Assembly (NCBI GenBank): GCA_965637545.1
Contig: OZ281500.1
Location: 17,484,001-17,548,000, forward strand
DNA length: 64,000 nt
Source of the DNA: Phallusia mammillata
Taxonomy: Eukaryota
Direction: 5' to 3'
Shown: positions 1-12,800 of the stretch, one piece after another
Position numbering within the stretch: position 1 is the first letter of the stretch
Layout: the number at the start of each line of letters is the position of its first letter
Made by a program: the position numbers and the translations under genes
The notes under the pieces: generated by a model
Seen by the model: only the letters and a program-made list of their open reading frames with translations
What the model was told of the DNA's origin: nothing
Databases searched by the model: none

Positions 1-1365
1 CCACCAGCAGTAGCAAGTCCAATCAAGGCAAACCTCTTGATTTTCTGATTTCGAGCTTTTCTGTTTTTCACAGCCTCCTGCTCACTGTACAAAAGCACAT
101 GTGACTGTCAAAAACTTGCTTTCCATTGTAAACATGTTTAATCTGTTTGTCCAACAGACCGGTGGTTCAAATCAAAATTTAGAATCTTTTTGTTTAATTG
201 GTGAAGACTTAGGACAGCATAGATTTTAACCAGTATTTAACATATTGCTCAAATTAAAACCCACTTAAACATTTAAAAAATATTTATAAACTGCAATTTG
301 GCAGGCAGTTGGACAGCGCGACAGCACGAATTCCACCAATTTTAAGCAAAACATTGTTCTAACCCTTTTTCCTTCTCTGTACACTCTCTTAGCATTTTAA
401 TGAGAAGTTCTTCCACATCTTCCAGCTCTTCAAACCTAATACGAAGTCTCCAGGTCATGTGACGAATTGCAACTCTTGTACGAGCATCGTAGCGTCCATT
501 GAATGATGTCACACCCCATGTCACCAAATCAGTGACAAGTTTCATCATGTTACCCTGAACATACAACTGTTCAATAAAAGGTATTATCTTTGCCTATTAT
601 TTTGCTTTTGTATCTTTCTATCACTGAATAATAACAGTTTAAAACAGCACTATCTTGCATTATAACATGCAGTCACACTGGTGGTGAAAACCTTTTAATA
701 AAAGGTGGTTGTGTTTATGATTTCTTACCTCGATTTGTTCTTCCTTTATAAGGTTGTCCACAAAAACATCAGTCCCCTGTGAACCATGTCCATCACACAA
801 AGCTTGCATTGTGTTTGTGACATTACTTGGCAGAAAAACATGGGCAACAAATGAAGTCACTACATTGTGTCTAAAATCTCTATGAAACAAAACTAATGTG
901 TTTTAATATCTTAAACCCACAAGACTTAAACAGTATTTAATTTGAAACAGCAGACCATACAATACTGTGCTACAATTTAAAACATTACATTTGTACAATA
1001 TTTTTACAGCAAACTTAACTTCAAGATGCAAGAATAACTGTCACTCAATAAAAAATGGTTGTTTATTTGAAATATTTAACAATTTTTACTTAAACTTGTG
1101 TTGTGTTTAAAGTGTTTCATCGGTAGTTTTGGCAGACTAAATACTTTTTATATAAGTCTTACCGTTCTTCATCACATCCAAACAAAAGATGAAGCGTAGC
1201 AGCACAAAGTCCAGAGTAGTAGAACTTTACAGTGTCAGAAAGATGTTCAACAAACTTGGCAGTCTCACTGTTTATGCTAATTGGATTTTTGTTCCCGTCT
1301 TCGTCCACAGCTTCACTGGCTCCATCTGAATCTGTTTCTGGCGCTTTATCCTTTTTATCGGACAT
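1..1365 (-). CDS. TMCO4: Transmembrane and coiled-coil domain protein 4 (DUF726 family), 5' part; gene continues past the left edge
   Basis: Exons 1365-1163, 879-729, 554-364 and 84-<1 join in frame across GT-AG introns. They give MSDKKDK...KFYYSGLCAATLHLLF...GTDVFVDNLIK...GRYDARTRVAIRHMTWRLRIRFEELEDVEE...EQEAVKNRKARNQKIKRFALIGLATAGG, matching the TMCO4 motifs YDARARV and KRYLLIGLATVGGG as I recall them. The start codon is less certain because it overlaps a donor-like AAG|GTATGT. Confidence 0.9.
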
Positions 1366-1603
1366 ACCTTAAGATTTGGGCTTACGTGATCATGCTGTAC
1401 AAATAGTTAATAGTAAACAACAAGAAACTTTAACACACAAAAGGGGACAACAAGGTAATTCCCCTCCTAAATTACATAATCTTTAGCGACTTTAGTGTTA
1501 GTTTGGAGTAACACGTCATGCTATAGAAATTTTTCACAAAAAAGTAATCATGTAAGCATATTGACGACTTGCAAAAGTTGTCCTTAAACATTTTACGCTA
1601 GAG

Positions 1604-1846
1604 CAGTGGTTCTCAAACTTTTTCAGCATGCGGCGCATTAGTAACTTTAATGTTGCGGTAAGGATGCTTTTATTACCAACAACAAAAATATGAGCTTTGA
1701 AACTGTGTTATGCTCACCAGTATTTCGTCAAAAAGTCCTAAAACACCAGGAAATGTTCGCACTTTAAAATAGGGACTATTTCGCGTCACACATGGACTCT
1801 CGCACCGCACACTGGTGTGCCGCCGCACACAGTTTAAAAATCACTG
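1604..1846. mobile_element. Non-autonomous hAT (Charlie/Buster-like) MITE, 243 bp
   Basis: TIRs CAGTGGTTCTCAAACT / AGTTTAAAAATCACTG (13/16 match). Flanks CGCTAGAG and CGCCAGAG form an 8-bp TSD with 1 mismatch. Confidence 0.85.
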
Positions 1847-2354
1847 CGCCAGAGACTCATATGAAAAGGTACACAGCACTTGCGGCGATATTTTCTCTGA
1901 TTCTTAAGATGAAACATGAGGCTAGGCTAGGCTACAGTGTTGTGTTTAAACTTAAAACAATCGTTGCATGATTTATAAAACTGTTGAAAAGTCTGCCTTG
2001 GGTTTACAAAATTGTGTAAAGGTATGGTTAGATGTAGGATAGCAGTGCATTTGAAAAGAGGGCTGTTCGGCAGTATTGTTTGCCTTTTCTTCTTAACTGC
2101 CAATTTTAACAATATATTGTTTTCGAATAGGAGTTTATCAAGATCGCTCTGCCTAATGACTTGGTTTATAATTATACCGTCATCTAATTTTAACATCGCT
2201 GGTATGAAGTTGAATATTTTGTGCTGTGCCTTCTATTGACGCACTTCCCATTTTACAATGTTTGTAGAAACCATAGGCTACTTGCAATTTCTTGAGAGAG
2301 GCTCATCTTTTAAAATCTCAATCTTTTCAAACATATCATTTTACAAACTGATTC

Positions 2355-2710
2355 TGTTAGAGACCGTACATTTTATTACCACGCGTCAGTGAGGGGGCGT
2401 GTCGCGATAGAAGGGGTGTGGCGGGGCAACAAAGGGCAACGAAAGAAAAAACGGTTGTCATAAAACATAGCAAAACAACGCCAAAATAAACGAACGGCGC
2501 CCGACCGCAACAAATCCGATGAGCGACCTGAAAGTGCACGGAAACTACGGTAGACGGTAGCGAAAAAGGGTTTTACCCCCTCCAATGGGGGAGTACCGCC
2601 GCAGGAATCAACCCCAAGCGCAATGACGTCACATGAAGTGATCGCCACCTAGTGTCTGGGGGGTTGCGAAACAGATTCGTCGGAGGACCGCAGCGTCAAA
2701 TAACGTTACA
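2355..2710 (-). mobile_element. Possible solo LTR, 356 bp
   Basis: GC/CpG-rich island in AT-rich DNA. On the minus strand it starts TGTAAC and ends CTAACA, with AATAAA about 17 nt before the end and a TGACGTCA inside. No matching TSD (GATTC vs GAATT) and no internal retroelement sequence. Confidence 0.35.
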
Positions 2711-3886
2711 GAATTGCACAAAACGGATTAAGAAACGTATAGGGTTGGTTATTGGGCAATAAGACCGTGCTTCATTCCACAAATTCGATTAGGCAAAGCA
2801 CGCTCTTGACAGGCCGTGCAAATATTAGTATTGAACCGTTGAACGCCAAAAAGGCTCGTCTCGGGTTTATTAATCCGCGTAACAGGTTAGTAGGAACTCG
2901 GGTAAAAGGTAACAAACAACACTTTTTCGTCATTCAAAGTAGCAAATTCAAGCACAGAACTTGTGTTTTGTTGGCAAAGTTATGCCAAAATTTAACTGAA
3001 GCGACAGGTCGATTTCAATAACCGACATTTTCACACCATTTAAATGCCTATTGACAACTGCCAGTGCACGGGTACGTGTGAACCACAATCGTCAGCGACA
3101 TAAAACCGACTGGATAAACCCCAAAGAAGTAAGACGGCCACATTTTCACGCAATAGACGTTTTAACATAAGCGCACGGTTACTGCGTCGTTTTATCCCAT
3201 AGGACTTCCAGGGTGCATCATGGCGCCGCTCGAGGGCGCAGCGGAGCGCTTCGCACGTTCCTGGTTGGCGCTTCAGCGCGCTATTGCATAGTAAGATAAA
3301 CGTTTTCTCGCTTGCGGACTTTAAGCGTACAGTAGACGCCGTATCCGTATTCACAAATTATGCGCAGTTTATGGTATTTCTGTAGTAAAATCGGACAGGC
3401 TACGGATTATGGCGGAAAAATCTGCAAGCTGCTACTGAACGTCAGAAAACACGCGCTTTGGCACTCAGTCTACCGACGCTTCCGTTATAATGAGAGATCA
3501 TTTTCGCGGGAGTGTTTCCCGGGAAATCCCTCCCACCATCCTTAAACCGTTCTTGAGTCGGCGTTCCTCCAAAGCTAAACTCTAAAAATTTCACTACACG
3601 TATAAAATCAATCTACAGCCATACGGTGGAGCCGTCACTTGCCAGGGAGGCCAAAAGCAGTGAAAAGAAATCAAAAAATCGCAAAGAGCAACAGTCGAGG
3701 ATACAGCGCTCGGCGTGCAGGATTCCAAAGCACCGTGAATGCAAAAAGAACAGCGGTGTGGTGGTTGTGGGGAGCGCCGTGGCAAGACTTCGCTTCAGTG
3801 GGGGAGCAGTGTGCACCCCCACGGGGCCGAAACTTCGACCCAATGTCGCAGCATGTTGGGCAGTGTTATTCGAATCAATCGTGCCT

Positions 3887-6800
3887 TCACCCGCAATCTT
3901 GTATCGATGAAAAACGTATACTTGCGGCACCGTTGCTTCGAGACGCATTTACCAACTGCTGGTGTTGAAAATTGTTTTTGGCCTGCACGACTGGTGGGCC
4001 CGGTGAAGCCGCGTTCGAGCGTGGAGTCACAGGCGCCGTGGGGACCTCTACTGGCGCGTCCGTTTGCTTCTCGTTTAACATTAGTTTGACCAGGTCGTCG
4101 AGGCTCGCAGTTTCTTTGGGATCGAGCAGTTCGTATTCCCGAACGAATAGGATGAAGTGTTTGAAGACGACGTTTAAATATAGATGGAGGTCGAGCTGTC
4201 GTAAACGCGCAAAGTGTGCGTAGTACATATGCGCTATCACGTGATACAGGAACTTAAGAACCTTCTTGATCTCCGTAAAGAAATTGTCGGCGAAAAATTG
4301 AGCTGTAAGGCAAAAGGAAAGTTTAGGCTACAAGTTAGCAATCTTGTATAAGTGTATATTACTGGGATCAGACCTAAGTGTTTATAACCACCAGAGCTAA
4401 CACTCATGCATAAATGCCTGGCCACATGGGAATGCTTGCGAGACCACTTAACACCTCCATTAGGCCCAGAAGACTATATGATTCAGCTTTTAATTGAAAT
4501 GTTTTCAAGTACATCTCAACAAAACAAATATTAGATTGTCAACAAAACAAGGTATTGGTTTGTCCTCTAAAATGGTGATAACAGTTGCACTAAAACGGTT
4601 TGTTTTAATGATAAAACCTTAGTGATAACCTTATAAATCGAAAATTGCAATATGGCAGAAAAAAAACAAGAAAATAATACTTATTTTTGACAGGTCACAT
4701 TTAGAACAGGGATTGGTTTTGGCCTATTTTCTATTTCGACATCTGTGAATTCAAACACTTTTAAAACGAAAACCCTAATTTCTACAAAAATCACATTTTT
4801 TAGATGATATAACTAAGGTATTAATAGCCATTTTTTGAAGGTTTCCCAAAATTAAATTCCTTTTATAGGGTCGGGTGACTACATTTTATTTGAGGCATCA
4901 TCGCTAAGCGACTGTCAGTTGTACAAACAACTCACATTATTGGACGACGGCTCAGCATAAAAACATATTACGTAGCTGCTGGCAGCGTAAATTATTTATC
5001 GGCCGAGCTAGATACGAAAAAGCGTTGCAATAACAAATGATCAATTCTCAATGGCAATCTGTTCGTGGCTTTGACTAGAATTTCTGCTACAAAATTTTAC
5101 ATGCTAAAAATCAATTAAACTGTGAATGGCGCCCTTACGAATATTTTTCTTAGTTTTAGTAAAACTTACGTTATTCAACAATAGTTTTGTTTTTATTTCA
5201 ACAATATGCCAAGTTTCAATCAACAATGGCCTATATTAACACGCTAAATTTATTTTATTCTGCAAACAGCATTTAACGTGGGGTTAATAGAAAGCACAAC
5301 CAGTTCTAAGAATCGCAACGACCTTACATGAAAACCCTTCGAAACTTTGCAAACAATGAACTCTCGCTTACCGTATTTGGTTGGGAACAGTTCCTGATTA
5401 CTGACACACTTTTGACAGAATGTCATTACGTAATCGATATATTGAGGAGCGGTGCATTTTAATTTTTTCCCCCGTTCTTCCACCCACGTGTATTGCCTGT
5501 AGAAAAGAAGTAAACAAATAAAAGTTGAGTCGCTTCATACTTATGAAAAAAGTAGCAATGAAATATTGTCGCATAGATCTTACAATAAATGCAGAACAAT
5601 GTATATTTTATGTTTTAATTTTTACAAGCAATGACACAATAGCAAAAAGATCTTAGTTAGTTTAGGTTAGCCGTGCACATACTTCAATGACTGAAGCACA
5701 AAAAAGTCGGTTGCCAAAAGAAGAAGTAGCTGAACTTACGTTTGACAAGGTCCTTGCATCACAGGACAAGTCTCAGCGGTGCAGAATTCGGATACTGTTC
5801 CGTACAGCAGATTCACATTGTGAAAGAGGGATATTGCTAAAAACAACAAAAATAAAAAATTTGCTGCCAGCAAGTAATTTTGTCAACAAATTTAACTAAA
5901 TAATTTGTCTGTACGAGTATATTTAAATAAGGCACTAATAAATACGAAATATGCAAAATTTGCATTGAAGTACACTAAAGCTTATGTCGATGCAATTCTA
6001 TTTGAATAAGGAATAAATGATACCGAATAAGCAAAAATCTAAACCCCTTCAATATAAAGCAGAACTTCAATACAGTTTAATTTGAATAAGGAATTGTTAA
6101 TGCAGTGTAGACAAAATTATATGTACCAATCCCAACAACTTAAAATTGATTGGTTCTGTTGTAACCACTAACGATAAACTGTTAATTTCTAATTACGTCA
6201 TCATGTCCTGACCGACGAAAACGCTGAGGTCATGCGGTGAAATTTGACACCAAGTTATCTATTACCGTACAGTAGGAAGTGTGCGTTTAATGATGGTGGA
6301 ATTTGATTGAACAACAGAAACACACAGGACTCGTACTACAGCGACGTAATGTCAAACACGGCCACAACATGTCACATGCAATTATTAAGGCTACTGTTTG
6401 CTAACTGAGTCATTAAACGTCCAATTCGACGAAAAAACATCACTCCCAATGCTCAATAAACCAACATGCTTAAACACACCACGTGACATAGATCACGTGT
6501 ATGTCATGAATGGTTTGACGCGCAATTCTGCAATGCAGGGCGTTGTCGCAAGAGTTTTACAATCACAAGTTCCCGTGGCTTCAGGGTTGTGAAATTGTTA
6601 CGACTTACTGAGTAAATGTGAGCTGAGTCATGTCATTGTTTGAAAGTCGATTTACATTTAGCAGCGGGACGAATTTCGCCAAAGCTTATAAAATTAAGTC
6701 ACAATTGAATATTTTTCTCAGGCAAAATGGACGCGGAAAATAGTTTTACTGTCGGAGATATTTTGACCACAATGACTGTGGAATTTGAACGAGAATCGTC

Positions 6801-9800
6801 ATGGCGATATTAACCTTTCAAATATTGCCAAACATTTGATCACAATCCAATGACAACGGGGTAACAATACGAGATTGTGTCTTTTACGACGCGGGGCAGC
6901 TGCCATGAAAACGTCTGTTCGTGTTTACGACCATCTATATTCAAGATTTTCCGGTAATTCATATTCGTGGCGATAAAGACTGAGATTTCCACTTAGACCT
7001 GAATATACATTTTGTGTGTTCAACATTTATCTTTGATGTGAGTGACAAAAACGTTCAATTGTTAGTCACGTACGTATAACTGTTCTATTTATGGCCATAA
7101 TTCGAATCATTTAACCAGTTTCGTATTGCCAGTTTGCGCTCAGCAACAAATAACGAAAGCAGTGCAGTGTAGTTTTAGCCCATTGTCAATAAATACCATA
7201 TTTTTGCCCACAATACGTACCCTCAATAAAAATAAATGTCAAAAATATATTTCTTTTGTCATTGACCCCAATGATCAGAAACCGACATTAGGGCATCTTA
7301 CGTCATATCAGATGATCGCAGTGTAAACATCCGAGAGGATTCCGTACATTTTGTGCCGATGTCGCTAAGTAAGAGTGATTGCGACACAAAAAGATCAAGA
7401 TATAAAAGATGACCACGTTTGGAATTACAATGTAGGCATAAGGGCAATGGAATGCTTTAGGAATTGGTATCAGATTTTGTGTTTTGTGTTAGGGGAATTG
7501 CGAAGGTAAAGGAAACCCGGGGGTTACATCGCTTCGGTTTGGATAATTCAGAACGCATCAGGGTGAATATTTTCTGTTTATATGCCAGACTATCTAATGT
7601 CTGCGCTTGTAAGACTACACAGGATATATGTATAAAACCACAATCAATACTGTGTTACATGTAATATTGTAATTTTTAGACAAAAGGCGTCAATAGTCCC
7701 TTTAGTCGGCCCCGATATTCCAAAAAAAAACTCAAATCCAACTCGATTAAAACCCCAAACACACAAAAAAACAATGCTATTACCATAAAACATCATCATT
7801 AAAATTTTGCGGGTAAAAACTTAGATGCCAAACGTGCTGGACAACCCATCGCTCACCATGGACAAGATATCTTTAAAATCAAGCAAAATATTTTCGCCAA
7901 GATAAAACCCTCTACTGCTGATAAAACACAAACACATTTCGCGACCACAAAGACCACGTAAAACCCCGAAGCAACCACGACATTCCTGGGGTTACGCCCA
8001 CCAAGGAGTTAGAAACACACAAATAAATGATTTAATCATCTTCGCTGAATGGATAACAGACTTTCGGAGGTATTCGGACGAGGTTACCATTATTTACATG
8101 GCATTGTGTTCAGTACAATGACTTGAGCGTCCAGATGTCGCTGAATTGGGAATAACAAAGAGTGCTTTGGAGCAAATAAGTCGTACGTAGTAAGTTGGGT
8201 TTCGATAACAAACCATGTAATGAAAGGTGGTGAAATTCTGGTAGCTAAGTTTGCTTACGGTTAAAAACATTACTAGATATAACCGGCTGATTCGGTATAA
8301 CGTATTTACACATGAATGTGTCGTGATTGCTGGTTTACATACACGTTTCAGGGCTGATCCCAGTAATGAATTTATGTTCAACGTAACTTATTACTAGATG
8401 TATGTAAGGCAATGTATTTGTATTCTTTAAAGAAATGTGCCATTTATAAACACATTACACTACGCCAGGCCCGCAAGTTTGCATCAAAAGCAACCCAAAC
8501 ACATATCCTTTTCTCCCTTGCTTTTCGGCATTAAAAATAACAGGGCAAAGACCCAAACGCCAAAAAAATATTTTCTAAGAACAAAAACGACTATTCTCAA
8601 TAAGTCTAATTAACGGGTAATTTTCATTTTCGCCCGGTTGCTCACATTTTTTACAGATCACAACTTCAGTGAATCGTTACAGTATGTTATAGTGTAGGTG
8701 TATTTTTGTCGAGAATGTGGACTTTTTCACACTGGGAATTACCTTCCTATGATCTGGCAGAGAACTATGACACAGTAATCACAGCCTATTAGGTTTCAGT
8801 TTCGGGAGCAATGGTATCAACTTACTCGAAATCAAGACAATACAATTTTAACGGAAAATTCCTTACTTGCTTTACTTCATAAAAACACAGCGCCAAAATG
8901 GGTAACATTCAGAGTAGATCTTACATTTACTTTACTGTATAGATAACTGCGAAAAAATATCATAGCAAGATGTATGTTAACACGGGTTTGCAACGAATTT
9001 TAAAGGATATCATTATTGCAGCCCAATTGTATTTATACAGCAAAACATTTGATTGCCTTTTTGCATTGACTAAAATATCGAGATTACGTAAAATGTGACG
9101 CACTTCAAAATAAGTCTTTCAATGAATTTGTGATGACTAAATTGTAAATGCGTTTTGCAAATCATTATTATGTTACCCACTTTAAGCACAGTTTGATTGC
9201 ACAAAACGTTTAAACACCACAGAAAGATTTATTTTCAAACCAACAAATTCCACACTAAAGAACCCAACACATTTGGTAAACAAATAGTAACGATATACGA
9301 TCTCTACTTTAACCTTAGATGATATCAAATTTGCAAAATAAAGTACAGACTTTGAAACGACAGGGGTGAAAAATATTTCAACCCTGTTTGGGAACAGGCT
9401 ACCATGCGAAGAAAACCAGTAACCACCAGTGATTTGGTTAAGTGGAGTACGTGTATATATGGTTAGGAAGGGTATACACGACGCAGCTGCATTGTTGGGT
9501 GTGTGCTGTGATACACAACAGTTCGTGCGGATTTGGAGTATGGCGATAATGTCAGCGGTTAAACATACGTGCATCAGTTGATGTGGTTATGATACTGATA
9601 TTTCGTGGAGGGTTTGGGTTCTAGTTAATCAAAATATGCACCGAAAATGGTTGAAATTTATTTTAAATTGAGAAAAAATTTAGGCTTTCGATTCGAATTG
9701 AACCACTTTGGAGGTACGGTAGAGACTGAAAATGACCTTTATTTCGACTTCTGACTAAAAAATGGGAGAATATAACGTTTTCAAGTCAATGATTTTTGGC

Positions 9801-12800
9801 GCACTACATGCTTTTTTATTGTACAAACGAAGAAGCTGTTTTTTCGGTTTACAAAATAAACTATTGCGCTACTTCAATGTTCACGCGAATAAAGGAATGT
9901 TATTCAGCAAAAAAGACAGGTACACTTGCCCCCAAATAGAACCGTTAACGACAAACGAATAAGATATCTATAGCACAGAGTGCCAGACCGTCCACTAATC
10001 AGATTCGCAAGTATCAACTGGAATTTCGAACAACAGATGTGACACAATAAAAACGCTCTTCTATAAATAAAGCTGTAGAGAAGATAATGCCAGGTGATTT
10101 TTTAGCGTTGCGATTGAGCGGGCGTCAATGAGAGGTGAAGTTATCACTGTGTTGTCATTGCAGAAAAACAATTTGAAACGGTATTTTGGATGACGGTTGG
10201 CAAATTAAAATGGGTTTAAAAATCTGTTCTGTAATTTGTGATTGTTTTTTGAGTTAAGAGCCAGAAAAGACGTTGTCCAACTACCAATCTTTGAAAAGTT
10301 ATAGATCGGCCATGAACAATAATGGGATACAGAAACTTGAACAATCTATTTAACAGTACTACACGAGTATTACTTACATTTTCTCGGTAATATTATTGAC
10401 ATCGGGTTTTAATTCACAAAAATCACATAAACGTTTGTGGAAAATTCCTTAATTACACCCATGTTATTCTAAACTTATTGCTCAGTAAAAAAAAACGTTT
10501 CAAACCAAACGTCACAACAGATTATATTACACAATTATTAGCCAATGACCAGCGTTAAAATGTGGTTACGCCTCGTATATTCCTCAGAACCTTAGAATAG
10601 GATAAACCACAAGAGTTTCTGAAATACGATTTCTACGCAGTGAGTTTGCAAAAATGGCGTTAATTTTAGCCTCAACCTTACGTTATCGTACTTGCGATCA
10701 GTAAGATAACATATTGGCACGTTATGGGTGTAACTTTCATCGTTAATTCCCCATATCTCAAAAACAACATACGCATTAGAGCATTGAAGCAAATTACTGT
10801 TCAAGAATTCTTCCATATGTCGTGGTAACAAATCGGAATACTTTTCGTTTTTGTCGTACAAAAGATTGACCCAAGGGTTTTTGGTACTTACTTTGTGTTG
10901 CCACCCATTCTTTAAGGTCCATTTTGCATGGCATCCGCACAACCTTCATAAGTTCGAAGATTGGACGTTGCTGACAAAGCTCGATATCAAGGTAGGGTTT
11001 CTTTTCCTCGATCACAGGTTTTTTGTCATTCTTCTTCCCTTTCCTGAAACAAAAACACACATTTTTATTTTAAATGTCGTAACAGGACAACTAATACAAT
11101 TGACTTTCGAACAATATCTTCGAGCGGAGATGTTTTTGTATTGTTAAGTAAACGTTGGTGTGTGTTAAACACATAGAACAGTTTCTAATTGACATATAGG
11201 TCACTCTTGTTTACAAACGCGAGGACCATGACAAAGATTTGTGTATGTAAAGGCATATGCGTGTACATTATCATATAAGCCACTGCATTTTTGCTGCTTA
11301 GTGTGGCTAGCATTTTTTCAAAAACTAGATCCACAAAGCTGAGGTCACTATACAACTGATAGTTTTCTAAACAAGTACAATTTGGAAAGAAGAATAGTCA
11401 ATTTCAACGCCATTACACAAATGACTGATAACCAAAGGCATGAACGGGTAAAGCCACTGTGATCAAACAACACAATCAATACCTGCAACAATGTATGACC
11501 TAATGGCCTCACTGATAGTAAAAAGGAAATAACGTCAGCCAATCGTGTGTTTTCACCACTCGTTGATAATCCACACACGCAAGGTCAGGCAAGTGCCAGT
11601 CAACAGGCAAACGCGGCTTTTGTATCAGACTAACAGGCAAACGCGGCTTTTGTATCAGATAACTCGGAACACACCGCCACATATTAACCATCTATTTGTG
11701 TGTCTAGGATATGAAACAAATCAGACTTCGGCGGCTGCGACTTCCTCGGTTGCTCGGCAACGTTCGTGTGGCTATCGCTGGGTTTAAAAACTTGTTTTCC
11801 GTTTGTGAGGACTATGTTTGACTTGATAGTTAAATAGCAAATATTTCATCGCGCAACACGCACACATCGAAAAACGAATTAATTGTGACGTCACAATAAC
11901 CCGAGGGCTGCCCCACATCTAGCAGTCACATTATAATGAAAACAATGGAAATCGGTGATTAGTGAATGGATGTGTATCACCGTGTTGGACTTTGTCTATC
12001 AATATATAAACGACCGTTAAATGACCTTACAAAATGTCTGTTACTAAAGTTATAGATAGTGACCAGAAGGTTGATTATAATGGTCCAACACGGTTTAATG
12101 AAAACGTGATGTACATGTTACCGTTGACACAGTTGTGTGGACAATTTTCGTTTGGAAAATGAAGTCAAACTTACTGCATAAAGTACGTACAGCGTAATAC
12201 AGTTGTTTTTGATAGTCTTAAATACAATGTGTCGTCAAATATCACATACTTGACTTTGTATAACGTTGTTGGCCAGAATTTGTTTACTAAGTTGGACAAG
12301 AATAACGAAATCGTCTATTTTAAGCAACACAATAAGTTACATGTTGTTGTCACGACTCGTATCGTACATATATATAACAGTCGACGAAGACGAAACATGA
12401 AACTGTAGCACGGAAAGCATTACATGATTGAACCGTTAAATAACAAATACTTTGGTGAAAATGTTAAACTACATGAGCATTCAACAAGCCTACCAATTAC
12501 ATGTCAAAGATTAAGCAATTTTATGTGCACAATAGACAAAGGCCAAAAAAATAAAACCCATATTTCACACTGACAAAACCGGCTTGTTTATAGAATGCAT
12601 ACAAGAACTGAATGCTCGGTTTTGATAGAGATTTGACCTCTAGTTGGTACTTTGTGGGTTGTATCTTTTTCTGAATGTTAAATTTGTGCACAGGAGAAAC
12701 AACAGCAAAGGAGGAATTCGCCTAGGGCGGTTTTTGCGCCGTAAAACAAACTTTCATGGGCAGCTTGGCACGGCAGATACAAAAGGGTAAAGGTGAAAAC

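Noticed and set aside
1927-2350. ORFs 1927-2196 and 2012-2239 as a gene or extra TMCO4 exons
   Set aside because: No recognisable domain, stops in the neighbouring frames, and no splice sites linking them to TMCO4.
1366-3886. Classical Ciona-type operon junction between MOB2 and TMCO4
   Set aside because: The likely MOB2 poly(A) signal (~2864-2869) is about 1.5 kb from the TMCO4 start, with a MITE and an LTR-like block between, whereas Ciona operon genes are normally directly juxtaposed.
3626-4223. Plus-strand ORFs of 83-116 aa overlapping the MOB2 last exon
   Set aside because: Antisense shadows of GC-rich coding and 3' UTR sequence with no protein family resemblance.
5995-6060. Functional SL RNA gene
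   Set aside because: The SL exon is followed by GA rather than a GT donor, there is no Sm-site-like AATTTTGG nearby, and there is no tandem repeat context.
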